A stretch of 64,000 nt of DNA from the NCBI RefSeq assembly GCF_036321535.1, contig NC_087436.1, forward strand, positions 70,744,001 through 70,808,000, read 5' to 3'. Both the position numbers and the translations under genes were made by a program. This document shows, one piece after another, positions 14,114-26,067 of the stretch. Position 1 is the first letter of the stretch; every line of letters starts with the position of its first letter. The DNA comes from Camelus dromedarius. Lineage: Eukaryota. A model generated the notes under the pieces. The model had not been told where the DNA came from. It made no database searches and saw only the letters and a list, made by a program, of their open reading frames with translations.

Positions 14114-15289
14114 TAATCAATAAGAATCAGTCTCTCAAATAGTATGTTGAAATAAGGAATCAAGTTACAAATAATAGATTGGTATAACTCTGTGTATATA
14201 CATTTTTGAAAAGGCAAAATAAACTATATTTTCAGGGATATGTTTATATAGTATATATAGTGGTGAGAAAAGCCTAAAAATCAGAATATAATTATCTGTA
14301 AGAATAAGGAAAAGGAATATTAATCAGTGGTTTCCTCCTATAGTAGTGGCCATTTCTTAATCTTGGTGTAGCTATATAATTTATAATTATTTTTAAAAAA
14401 TAAATACATATTTGTTACATATGTACATATATTCTTTATATATATTCTCCATATATACACACATACATATGCACACAAAAACATATGTGTATGTGTATCT
14501 CGTACATATTCGTTATGTATTTTTTTTTCACAACAAAAAATGAGAAAAAAGTGGTTACTGCAAGTTCTGATGGTGTTGACTTATGGGACTGACTGTAAGT
14601 TCAGCTAACTAGACCGCTTATATTGGAACCCCACCCCCCACCCCCCGCCAAACTGTCACTGCCTGTGGGTCTTTTCTTGTGTTCTGCAGTTTATCCAAGA
14701 AGAAATTTTCTAATTTGGCTGACAGTGTCCTCAGCGACAAGTAAGGACAGAGGGCTAGGAGGTCTCAAATTGCCATGCAGAACCTTTCATTTCATTCTGT
14801 TGTTTTTAGTATGATGCTTCCTCAACTGAAGCTACAGTTCCCAAGTCCAGAGTTCTTTTGGCTGAACTTCTCTGGAGAACAGTCCCCCGGTCTTAAGCTG
14901 CTGTGGGAGGGAAAACTTCCTGGATAACATGGCGTGGGAGGGGCACTAGGGATCAAACAGCTAATCATATGGCCCTGTGTCCATTGCCCTCTTTTTCACT
15001 CACCTACACTCCCATCTTCAGAGAGAACTTGGGCCACCCTTCCAAGTTTTCTGGGGTTCTGAGGTACACACTGGCTTGCTTCTGTTTTCCTGCCACTGCC
15101 GGTTTACCTTTCATTTTTCTCCATCTGTTAAGACACTTTCCAGTTGGCCCCCTGCTTTCCAGCTTCCATTCTTTTTTGGCTTTCATCTCTTTTATTTTCC
15201 TCATTTTTGTGTTTTCATCTTAGCTTATAAACACACTACAAAAAATCCACATCCAGTGTCCATATCTTAGTTACTAAAACCAAGAAACC

Positions 15290-16325
15290 AAAAACTAAAA
15301 AACAAAACTATTCTCCAATAAAACATGAGAGGGTTCACTGGGAAAATGGCTGATTCGAGGTCTGGTTCATGAATAATGCGTCATGACCCTGTAGCATCTG
15401 ATTGTGCCAAAAAGCAAGGAAGGGCTAAAAGAATGTAATTATGGGGGTCTGGCAAAAGGACACAGTAGCTGACCTGAAAGAGCTCCCAAAGACAAAGTTG
15501 GAACAGTCTGAAGAACAAAATAAATTATGTAGTGCTGGATAATAACCCAAAGTGTAAAATAAATAAACATGAGTCCAAATTGAAATATATAAATGATGAA
15601 ATAGATAAATAAATGGGAGAGAAGGAAAAAAACTCTTCCTTACAAAATAATTCAAATTATACATGTAGATACTCCTCTATCCAGGAGGTGGAGCTTAATT
15701 CCTCACCCCTTGACTGTGGGCTGGACTTACTGATTCTTTTAAGTAAGAAAAGAAAAATAATAATAACTTTGCTATACCTGGCAGACACTGCCTTCAGCAA
15801 GTGTTGAAGGTTGACATAACATCAGCGGTGCTATGTCAGGATGATACCAGGTACTGCCGATTTTATGTAATGAGGAGGAGGTTTCACCTATGAGTTACTC
15901 TTCCTCCAAACCCGTAATTCCAAAGTAATCATGAGAAAACATCAGACAAATCCAAATGGAAATATATTTTACAAAACACCTGACCAACTCATTTTAAAAT
16001 TGTCAGTCAGGAAAACTAAGGGAAAACTGATAAACTGTTGCAGACTGGAGCAGGCTAAGGAGACCTGACAATAAAACTCAATGTTGCGTCCTGAATTGGA
16101 TCCTGGAATAACAAAATAACATTAGTGGAAAGATTGGTGGATTATGAATAATGTCTCTTGTTTACTGAATAGTATTGTACCAATGTTAATTTCTTAGTTT
16201 TGATAAATACACCATGGTCATGTAAGATGTTACTATTAGGGAAAACTATTATCTCTGTAAATTCTCTTATTATAACTTTTTTGTAAATCTAAGATTATTT
16301 TAAAATTAAAAGTTTATTTAAAAAT
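15290..16325 (+). mobile_element. Old L1MC/MD-type 3' UTR
   Basis: gggaaaatggctgattc...atcatgagaaaacatcagacaaatccaaat...ctaagattattttaaaattaaaagttt. Confidence 0.7.
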
Positions 16326-17446
16326 AAATCCCTAGAGAAGATTTCCAAAAGGGAACTATGTTCTGCCAGCGTTGACTAGAAGTCCATAATCCTGGTAAAG
16401 TCCTACTTACATTTCAAGACTCCGCAGGCTGGTGATGCCTGCAGGATGCCTCCTCTAACTTCCCCAGACACGGGGTTTCCACAGCATCTTGTACTTACCT
16501 CCTTTCAATAGCACTTATCACAGCATCTCCCCAGTGGACTGGGCAATCTCAAGGGCAGGAACTGAGATCTATTCATTATTTTGTGTTTAGTATTTGGCAA
16601 AATGCCTCCAGAAGGCATGCATGCATTTAATAAATACACGTGTGTTTGAGCCAAGTTGGTCATGGAGTTGAGCATGGCGGTTTCAATGTAAGAAAAAAGG
16701 TGAAGAAAAGTCACCAGTTACTGATTCTTTAAAAATCAAGTTTCCACTAGAATATTCCTTTCTGTGTGTTTGCTCTAAACAGGCTATATTTCTTTGGAAG
16801 TAAAACAGAGCCTGAGACCATTGCTTCAAATCATAGGGAACTATAGCTCTAACCAGAGTTAGACTGTGATGGAAAGCAAAGGTTTAATTCTCCTTGTTCT
16901 AGTGACATTTTTTCTAGTAGTAAGATATGCACCTGAAAACAATACCACTCCTGCTTATTAGGGAAATTATGCCTTTAAAGGTAAACCCTAAGCAGATGAT
17001 GTTTAATGGACCAGAGAAACAGGAAACATTTGCCACTGGTAACCTCTTCTTGGTGTGGTGTTTTTCTTTGATCTTTGCTGATTTCTTTTCCATTAAATAA
17101 TCAGAAAATTACCATGACTTTATCCCCATAGGCTGAAAATTAGCCTGCTAAGCTTGAGCCCAAATCAGACTCTGATCACTAAGAATTAATCTGTTTCAGC
17201 GGAAGCATGTCTAACGGAAATCAGCATGGCTAGCCTCTGTCACAGCAGAGCGGTCACCGCTGTCACCCGTGACTGATATACAGCAGCCAAGTGTGGAAAT
17301 CACTCAGGTCTCAATCCCTTTGTTCTCTGGCCAATACTGATCAGACTTTGTTTTTCCAGAGTATATCTGTTCACATGCACGCTTTCACAAGGTTCACAAA
17401 ACCTGCATTTTGAAGGTGAAGAAGAAGTGTTTTAAGAGAGTGTGTA

Positions 17447-17624
17447 GGGGGAGGTTGTATCTCAGCGGTAGAGTGTATGTTTGGCATGCCGAGGTCCTGG
17501 GTTCAATCCCCAGTACCTTCATAATATATATACATATCTATATAAAACAAATAAATAAACCGAATTACCTCCTCCATAAAAAAAAAACTGTCAAAAAATT
17601 TTTTTAAATCCTTAAAAAAAAAAG
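17447..17624 (+). mobile_element. tRNA-derived SINE (camelid Vic-1-like) with TSD
   Basis: gggggaggttgtatctcagcggtagag (A box)...ggttcaatccccagtacc (B box), AT-rich tail; TSD agagagtgtgta / agagagtatgta (17435-17446 / 17625-17636). Confidence 0.85.
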
Positions 17625-18928
17625 AGAGAGTATGTAAATCTCTGTGGCACAACTATCTGTAGCAATGATGTCCCTATCCTGACTTTGTGATTCTAGCTGA
17701 CTCTAATTATTTTGAGGGATGGGAGAAAGTTATTATTTTTAACATGCAAGTTTAAAATCTTTCAAATTAGTTTATATTTTAATATATCCCAGGAAAAATT
17801 GCAAACGATGAAAGTGATAAAAAACTGTAATTCAAAGAAGCTATCCTTAGGGACTTTGTTTATTCACAATGTATTCAGCCTTGATGTATTGAGTACCTAT
17901 TCCCAGGCATTGTGGTATATGCTTAATAACTATTGTTGAATGAAATAGCTGCTGTTCTTGCCCTCATGGGTCTTTCAGTCTGAAGGGAAAGATATTAAAA
18001 AGATGTCCATGTTAGATTCGCAGCTGCTTTCATTACTCCATTTATCTACTGCATAATGGTGCTTTTTTTTGGCTGTCTTCAGAAACTCACTTTTAAATTT
18101 AATTCAATTAAATTTAATTAAATATCTTAGAGATATCTTAGATATCTTAGAGTTGGTCAAAATAGAAATTTATCTATGCGGTCTGATTTGAGGGTTCTAC
18201 TGCTTTAAAATGTCTCTTCAATCCAGGTGTGTCACTGTCTAACTTTCCAGGGTTAGTAATCCTCTTGAAAATTCAGATATTCCTGGGCTTATTATAAACT
18301 GCTTCTTTGAAGAGTGTCTCCCTGTACGCCTGCACGTATCTTCCTCTGAGCCGAGCCACCCTCACAGGCGCACAAGCTGTGCCTTGGAGCATTCTTTCTG
18401 CCTCCCAGTCCTTCCCTTCTACCATCCTTTTAACTAAGGCCCATGTCAAATGCTACCTCTTCCTTTATGCTTTCCTTGATGTCGTTCTTGATAGTACTCT
18501 TATTTTTGTATCATTTATTTGATATCTAATATGTTTTGCCTTGTATTATATATAGCAAATAGGAAATTAACAGATAAGGTGTTTCTCTGTAACCGTGTAT
18601 AAGTGTCACCAGCACAGGGATTTTCCATATGTGAACATGGCTGCATAGGTCACCACTTTCCCCTTTGCCTCTCTCTGTCCAGGCCACTTGAGATGGCAGT
18701 TCCCTTGCTCTCTGCATACACACTGCTCAACCTGTCCCTGCTTCCCCTACACCCTGCTCTCATGGACATGCTCGCCCCCTGCCCCAGCTAGCGGTTGTTC
18801 TAACCCTTAAGCCAAAACTACTCCACCTGCTACTTTCTTAAAAGGAAACATCTGCCCTGGTTGTTAACCTGAGGGGCTGTGACGGGCGTGCCCCTCTGCT
18901 GGTTCCCCTGGTAACTAACGAGCCAACC

Positions 18929-18950
18929 TGACGTCGCTTCCCCCTATAAA
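18929..18950 (+). promoter_or_regulatory. LTR core promoter motifs (CRE-like TGACGTC plus TATAAA)
   Basis: Motifs seen directly at the expected U3 position; activity unknown. Confidence 0.45.
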
Positions 18951-18986
18951 TGGTGGCCTGCTTCTCTCCGGGGAGGTGGAGGTGGC

Positions 18987-19130
18987 GGCCCCGCCCTGCC
19001 GCCGGCCCCGCCCTGCCGCCGGCCCCGCCCTGCCGCCGGCCCCGCCCTGCCGCCGGCCCCGCCCTGCCGCCGGCCCCGCCCTGCCGCCGGCCCCGCCCTG
19101 CCGCCGGCCCCGCCCTGCCGCCGGCCCCGC
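18987..19130. repeat. Perfect 17-bp minisatellite (GGCCCCGCCCTGCCGCC) x ~8.5
   Basis: Eight identical units plus 8 nt, counted directly. Confidence 0.97.
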
Positions 19131-19281
19131 TGTGAGGGTGTCTCTCCAGGACCTTTCACCTCAGACATGTAAGACTCCCCTGTCCAGCAAACCACTGATG
19201 TCACTGTCTCTGGACTCCTTCTTCGGTCTCGAGGCTGGACAACTGCAAGGCTTGCAGGCCCGAGGGGTGTAGCCCAACAAC

Positions 19282-19299
19282 TGGTAAGCCAGCCAAGAA
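19282..19299 (+). promoter_or_regulatory. Degenerate primer-binding site, tRNA-Arg(ACG) type
   Basis: TGGTAAGCCAGCCAAGAA versus expected TGGCGAGCCAGCCAGGAG (14/18); starts 2 nt after the LTR end. Confidence 0.7.
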
Positions 19300-20365
19300 A
19301 CCGAGGAAAGTTCTGTGAGCACCGAGATGACGGACGGGAAATTGGGATGGGGAACGGAAAGTTGTAAAGGGTCATCCCGGGATGGCCATCCACTAGCAGG
19401 TGGGACCCAAAATCTCAGAGTCTCTTTCTAGTTTAAAGTAGCAGCCCCGTACTCGTGGCTCATCTGACTGCTCGGAGACGGCTGGTGAACACGGACAGAA
19501 TGCACGGGCCTGGGTTACCTGTTTAACATTTGGCTGTTACCTGATCACGTAAGATGAGCATACACCGGGCCCACTGCCCTTAAACAATCACAGGCACAGG
19601 CTTTAGGCACAGACTCAGGGACAGGCTTGTGAATCGGGTGTGTCCAGTTACCTGAAAGGGTTTGGCTGGGTCCTGTGGCAACAGCCAAGTACTGAGTACC
19701 CTTGGGCTTCTGGTCCCAGCTATGGAAGGGCACAGAGCAATGACAGTGTATGGAGCAACAGCTGTATGCAGTCTACAGTGTCTTAAAACACGTGGGAGAT
19801 ATTACAGAAGGCCGCCTACTGGAGAAGGGCACTATTATGTTAACTCTGTGGTCCGTTGTGGTACCATCCTTTCAGTATTCGGCAGCGGCTGCGGGGACTG
19901 AGGGTGGACAGGTAATGGTACTGCGGACTTGGACAAAAATCACATGCCCGGGTGGTGGTATCTTAGAACGCTGTTACTGCTTGTATTTTGCTTAATGGTC
20001 ATGATCTTCCCTTATGGTGCCTAGTAAACATCTTAACATTTCATCTCTAGTCTGAGCGGAGGGAATCTTTGCAGATTGGGCAACAGTGGTGGCTTCGTTG
20101 AGAAATAAGTCTGATGGCTGGGTATACAGCCAGAGGCCATGGTCGTCCTCCTCTGGACTTCCATAAAAGATTGACCTGATAAAGCCTGGCTCCAAAGCTT
20201 GCCCGACTCTTGACTTTTTAGCTGGTGTCTGTGTTGCATTCGTGGTATTTGGTTGCAGTGCATTTCCACCTACCCAGACCATAGGGATATCACAGAAGGC
20301 GGGATGGGAGTGGGGGGATCAAGAGGGTAAAAGTCGCTCGTGCAGCGTTTGTGTACAGGGTGGAG

Positions 20366-20704
20366 TGTATTATCAGGCCACTCAAGATGGCTTTTCTCTT
20401 ACTTTCTGCACATCTCCTGCTCAACCAGTCCCTGCTTCACTCACGTGACTGTTAGGGCTTAACTGGTTCCTGTTTATTGGTGAGCCCACCTGATGTCAAT
20501 TCTCCCCTGAGCAGTGAAGATTGCTGCCTTGTCCTGCCTGCCTTCTGCCATCCACAGCAGGGTGCTGCTCCAGGACCTCTCACTTCAGACTTTTCAGATC
20601 CCCTGTCCAGTAAACCACTGATGTGTCTGTCGCTGTTTCTGAGCTCCTCAGTCTGGAGGCTGGACAACTACAAGGCTTGCAGGCCTGTGGGGTGCAGCCC
20701 AACA
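20366..20704 (+). mobile_element. 3' LTR (339 bp)
   Basis: Roughly 80% identical by eye to the 5' LTR in aligned blocks; lacks two U3 segments and the VNTR; has AGTAAA poly(A)-signal variant. Confidence 0.85.
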
Positions 20705-21179
20705 GCCTCCTACAAATCACTGAAAAATAATAAGGATCAAAACCTCTGAAAATATTGTTTATGGTGAAAACAGACAGATATGATCTTCGATTATATAAAA
20801 GGACTGCAGGTCTTCAAGACTGAGTAGTCATCCCTTTGAAAAGTGTAGGTAAACAGCTGAGAAATACTAACAATGGAAAGCCCAGGGGTGGCAGCTTCTG
20901 GAGAAGGCTGCCCTGGAGTTACATTTTTTTGTGACCACAGAGGTGGGAATTGTATGACCTACACTGGTAGAATTACCCTGGAGCTGATTTGGTTCCAAGA
21001 CCTAGAAGATTCTGTCTCCTAAGGAATCACGCAGACAAGCCATATTTGCTGGAATCAGTTTGTCTCTGTAGCTGAGAAATAGGACAGACTTTTTATTATA
21101 CAACAATACAATCTATCCTTGGCCAGGAGACCACTGAAAACGGCTGGTCTAGCAAAATCCAAGGCATTCATGACAAGTA

Positions 21180-22400
21180 ATAAAAAGGAACTGGTATAAT
21201 TTAGATGCTAAGATACTCTAATAAAAGAAAATAGAGAAAGTAGCAATAAATCCTTAACAAAAGAACACTAACCATAAAAAAAAGTTAAATTGCAGATGAA
21301 AATTTTGATTAAATGTTTTTACTCTAGTGGAAAACCTAAGGAAAAATGGAAAAGCTCAGAAAAGGGGTGAGAAAATATGAAAAGATACAAAGTGAACTGA
21401 AAAAAACCCAGAGAAGAAAAACTGTTATAGAAATTAAAATACATTTGTAAAGAACACAAGGCAGAGTGGGCACAGCAGAAAACAATAAATAGAGACATGC
21501 AAAGTGAAATAAAATAAAATGAAATTAAGAACATATCAGATGAATGGAGAACTATAGGTATGCAAGAGAAATGGAAATCTAAGATATCTACAGTTGGAAC
21601 CAATTGAAACCTCTGAAAAAAGAAAATCAAAATAATAGACTAGAACAAATATTGCCTCATGCAAGCAGGAAAGCTTTCTTGAAATAAAAAAACCTGAATC
21701 TATACATTGGAAAAGTACATTATGGACCATGGAAATTGACTCAAAATAGCCAATACTGGAATGTACAGCTAGTGAGGTAGACTTGAAAGAAAAGTCCTTT
21801 TGATTTTTCCCATTTTCCTTTGGGAAATATGCCAGAAATGGTTTGTTACACAGAAGCTATTCTCTTGTGCACTGCAGGGTGCTGGAGGGTAGTATGCCGC
21901 ATTTTCCAGGCTCCATTGCCAGAAGTTTCAGAGTCTGCCAGTGGTTGCCCCTCGTGAGATTAGCAGGCAGGAAGCAGGTAGAAGCAGCAGCAGCCCTGCC
22001 AGGAGCACTGGGCTTCAGTAGCAACGTAGTGAGTGCTGGCTCCTGGGCTGTAGGTCAGCGCAGACCAGTAGGTCCAGTGGTATCCGTGGCAAGGACAGCT
22101 TTGTGGGCTCCCACAGGTCACTGCAGCTACCTACGGTTCCTGATCTCTGGATATCATCATCTAATTTCTTTTCCTCTTCCAGTACTGCCAACACTTTTGC
22201 AAGTGTTGCTTGAAACATCTAAAGCAGTTTCTGTTGTTCTAATTGGACTCTAATGGAAATAGCCTGGCAGGAAAACAAACAAAACATATTAAATCACTTA
22301 GAAGACTAATATAAGGCTGACCTTAGATTTTGTCATAGCAACATTCAACACCAGAAGGCAGAGAAGCAATACTCGTAAGACCCTCAAGGAAATGCAAAAA
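21180..22400 (+). mobile_element. Old L1 ORF1-region remnant with an LTR-like insert at ~21830-22250
   Basis: A-rich ORF1-like text (ctaagatatctacagttgga, atagcaacattcaacaccagaaggcag). Confidence 0.45.
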
Positions 22401-23800
22401 TAAACACATGGGACTACAACAAACTAAAAATACTTTTGCACAGTGAAGGAAACTGTCAACAAAATGAAAAGGCCACCTACTGAATGGGAGAATATATCTG
22501 CAAACATATACTTAATCAGGGGTTAATATCCAGAATATACAGAGAACTCATAAAAACTCAACATCAAAAACACAAAGAACCCAACTGAAAAATGAGCAGA
22601 GAATCTGAATAGACATTGTCCCAAAAAAGACACACAGATGGCCAACAGGCACATGAAAGGATGCTCAACATCACTCACCACCAGAGAAATGCAAAGCAAA
22701 ACCACAATGAACTATCACCTCACACCTGTCAGAATAGCTATTATCAAAAAGATATGGAGAAAAGGGAACCCTCATGCCCTGTGGGTGGGAATGTAAATTG
22801 ATGCAGCCACTATGGAAAACAGTATGGAGATTCCTCAAAAAATTAAAAATAGAGCTACCATATGATCTAGCAATTCCACTCCCAGGTATTTACCTGAAGA
22901 AAAGAAAAACACTAATTTGAAAAGATATATGCACCTATGTTCATTGCAGAATTATTCACAGTAGTCAAAATATGGAAGCAACCTAAGTGCCCATCAATAG
23001 ATGAATGGATAAAGAAGATGTAGTGTATACACACACACACGCATACACACACACAAAGGAATATTACTCAGCTATTAAAAAAGAAATTTTGCCATTTGCA
23101 ATAACATGGATGGACCTAGAGGGTATCATGCTAAGTGAAAATTCAGAGAAAGACAAATACTGTATGATATCACTTGTATGTGGAATCTAAAAAAACAAAT
23201 TAGCAAACATAAAACAGAAACAGTCATAGATACAGAGAGCAAACAGGTGGTTGCCAGAGGGGAGAGGGCAGGGGGAGTAAAGAAATAGGTTTGGGAGATT
23301 GAGGTACAAACTCCCAGTTGTGAGATAAATGAATCATGGCAGTGATCAATTTGAGATATATAGAAGTAACAAATCACTATGGTGTGTAACAGGAAATAAT
23401 ATATTATTATAGGTCAATTATACTTTAAAAATAAATTTATAGAAGAGATCAGATTTACAGTTACTGGAGATGGGGGGAGGGGGAAACGGATGAAGCCAGT
23501 CCAAAGGTACAAATTTCAGTTATAAATAAGTACTAGGGATATAATGTACAATATGAAAATATAATTAATACTGCTACATGTTATATCTGAAAGTTAAGAG
23601 AATAAATCCAGAGTTCTCATCACATAGAATAAATTTTTTCTATTTCTTTAATTTTGTATATATATAAGATTTGAATATTCGCTAAACTTACAGTGGTTAT
23701 ATTTCATGATGCATGTAAGTCAAATCATGATGTTGTACATCTTAAACTTATGCAGTGCTGTATGTGAATACTATCTCAATAAAACTGGAAGGAAAAAATA
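22400..23800 (+). mobile_element. L1 3' end (L1MA-like), apparently with a second L1 3' UTR at ~23345-23797
   Basis: ORF2 C-terminal peptides (EYYSAIKKEILPFAITWMDLEGIMLSE); 3' UTR ending ctatctcaataaaactggaagg. Confidence 0.85.
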
Positions 23801-24418
23801 TGTTGAGGGTAGATCATATATTAAGTGCTCTTACCAAAAAGACAAATATAAAAATCAGGCACTTATAAGCATGGCGAAGAATAACAGCATAAACTTACAT
23901 AGTATTTACTACGTACTAGGCACTCTTCTGAGTACTTTTCACATACTAACTCATGTAATCCTTACAACAGCACTATGAAATATTATTATCTCTGCTTTTA
24001 AAGATGAGAATTATGAAACATTAAATCAATTGACCGGTATGACACAATTACTAATGTAATGGAGGAAAGGGAGCTGGAATTCAATCCAAAAATTTTAGAG
24101 CTGGAGTCTGGCCCTTAGTCTCTAGATTGCGTGGGCTCTCAGCAGAGAGCAGGGTTAGGACACTGAGATTGACAAGAGGACATGTCTGGTTTTGGATGGT
24201 GGAGTCAGAGATGACTTCCCTGCTGGGGCTCAGAAGCAGAGAGCCGAATGACATGATTGCTGCTGTCTTCCCACACAGAACACATTATAAGTTCATTAAC
24301 CTATTATCCAGTTCATTTTATCTTTTAGCTTTCAATTAGATTGCTCCTATATTTCCCTCAAAATCCTATTCCAGCAGTGGTATAGACCTCAGGCTTGGGT
24401 ACATGTGGTTTAACCTAC

Positions 24419-24518
24419 TCCCAAACACCTTTTCCCACAACACCCCTTACCCACCCCTTCTCCAACTACCATACTTTTTCTTTGACTTGTTAGAATTTCT
24501 ACTGAGAAATGGAATTTT
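24419..24518 (+). repeat. 100-bp dispersed direct repeat, copy 1
   Basis: 97/100 identical to 25968-26067. Confidence 0.92.
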
Positions 24519-25259
24519 ATTCTTCTTGTTTGCTGGAATCCATTGCTCCCTCCCTGTCACAGAGGTGGCTGCATCAACCCTTAGACTAGTCTCTCAGAAC
24601 CCTCAACAGGGATATTAGGAAATAGAAGGATGGATTTAAACTATGATCCCCAAAGACTCATGGGAGTGGCATGGTTCCAAGCAAATGTACAGCAGGTTTT
24701 CCTGGTCAGGGCCATTGAGAGATGAGGTGAGAGGGAGGCAGTCCCACTTCAGTGGGACTTTATGATACAGCTGGACGGCAACCTGGGCCATGTTGCTCCC
24801 ACACATTTTGTGTGGAGAGATGCCCACACGGTAGGACTCTGGCTGCCGATCTAGAGTTAAGAGCAAGATCCATGAGGCAGCAACAAACTGGGTAGCTTAA
24901 AGAGGCAACGGTTTCTCCTAGAAAAAAATAATTTAAAAAATAGGATGATCAGATTTTAAATTAATTTGGGTCTAGAAGAGAAAGAAATGTCTGCATAGGT
25001 GCTAGACACTTGCCATTTCTCTCTCTAGTTGGACAATTTCAAAATCAGGATTCAATGCAAACAGACTTGAATACTTTTCCCTTGTTCAGTCCAATAAATA
25101 CTTGTTTAGCACTTGCTGTGTTAGGAGACCTCTCTGTTAGTGAAGGGCTCAAAGTCCAGTGTGGGTAAAGAGATCGAGCCCACAGTGTAGTGAGAGATAC
25201 TACCTGAGCTCTAAGTGATACCACCTCATTTGGCCTGGAGGATTCTAGGAAGTTGCCAT

Positions 25260-25824
25260 TTTTGCAGGAGAATGAAGGGCGGGGAGGGGGGCGTTGACGA
25301 GAGAGGATGGTCATGTCCTAGGTCTCAGACTAGTCCATGGGACTACGGGCTGCCAAGTGAGGATCCCTGACTTTGTGCAGGAAAGAATTCAAGAGCGAGC
25401 CATACTAAATTGAAAGCAAGTTTATTTAGAGAGATACACATTCCGCAGACAGAATGCAATTCTCCTCAGAAGGGAGAGCAGCTCTAGGTGTAGGGGTGGT
25501 TAGTTTTTATGGGCTGGGTAATTTCATATGCTAACAAGCAGGAGGATTATTCCAACTATTTTGGGAAAGGGGTGGGGATTTCCAGGAAATGGGCCACAGA
25601 CCACTTTTTGGCCTTTTATGGTCAGCCTTGGACCAGTCTTGGAACCTGGGGAGGGGTGTCATTTAGCATGCTAATGTATTACAATGATCATGTAATGAGA
25701 CCCAAGGTCTACTGGAATCTTCTGCCATCTTGGGCCTAGTTGGTTCTAACCAATATTTCTCCTAATCTCAGTGGCTGTGTTGTTCTTTTAATGGTTGTGC
25801 CCCGCCCCCTTCCCTCCTGTCTCA
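25260..25824 (-). mobile_element. ERV1-type solo LTR
   Basis: Starts TGAGACAGG on the minus strand, has AATAAA on minus, and TSD CCAT (25256-59 / 25825-28); related to 51285-51887. Confidence 0.8.
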
Positions 25825-25967
25825 CCATCTTTGATTATTCCAAAGAGCAAACACAAGTTCCAGACTTCTTAGTCCACAAATCTACTAGTGTACATGGGCA
25901 TCTAAATACAGATCTTGAAAATTTCCAAGCTTGTTGCCATTATTAGAGGCTTCCTCTTTGCCCATCT

Positions 25968-26067
25968 TCCCAAACACCTTTTCCCACAACACCCCTTACC
26001 CACCCCCTCTCCAACCACCATACTTTTTCTTTGACTTGTTAGAATTTCTACTGAGAAATAGAATTTT
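25968..26067 (+). repeat. 100-bp dispersed direct repeat, copy 2
   Basis: 97/100 identical to 24419-24518. Confidence 0.92.

Larger units (their letters stand above)
18542..19279 (+). mobile_element. 5' LTR (738 bp)
   Basis: TG...CA ends; CRE-like TGACGTC at 18929; TATAAA at 18945; homology to 20366-20704. Confidence 0.85.
18542..20704 (+). mobile_element. Non-autonomous, internally deleted class I-like ERV (5' LTR, PBS, ~1.1 kb internal, PPT, 3' LTR)
   Basis: Both LTRs start TGTATTAT and end GCCCAACA; 4-bp TSD GCCT (18538-41 / 20705-08); PBS at 19282; purine tract agggtggag directly before the 3' LTR. Confidence 0.85.

Noticed and set aside
17447..17520. tRNA gene
   Set aside because: A/B boxes are followed by an AT-rich tail and TSD, which marks a SINE.
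18122..18152. Short tandem repeats (atatcttag x3; tctacatcttgacc x2 at ~36382)
   Set aside because: Ordinary slippage duplications.
18987..19130. CRISPR-like array
   Set aside because: Head-to-tail identical units with no spacers, in a mammalian context.
18944..19393. Pro/Ala/Arg/Gly-rich ORFs on both strands
   Set aside because: They arise from the stop-free GC minisatellite; the + strand ATG at 18950 overlaps the TATA, upstream of any likely TSS.
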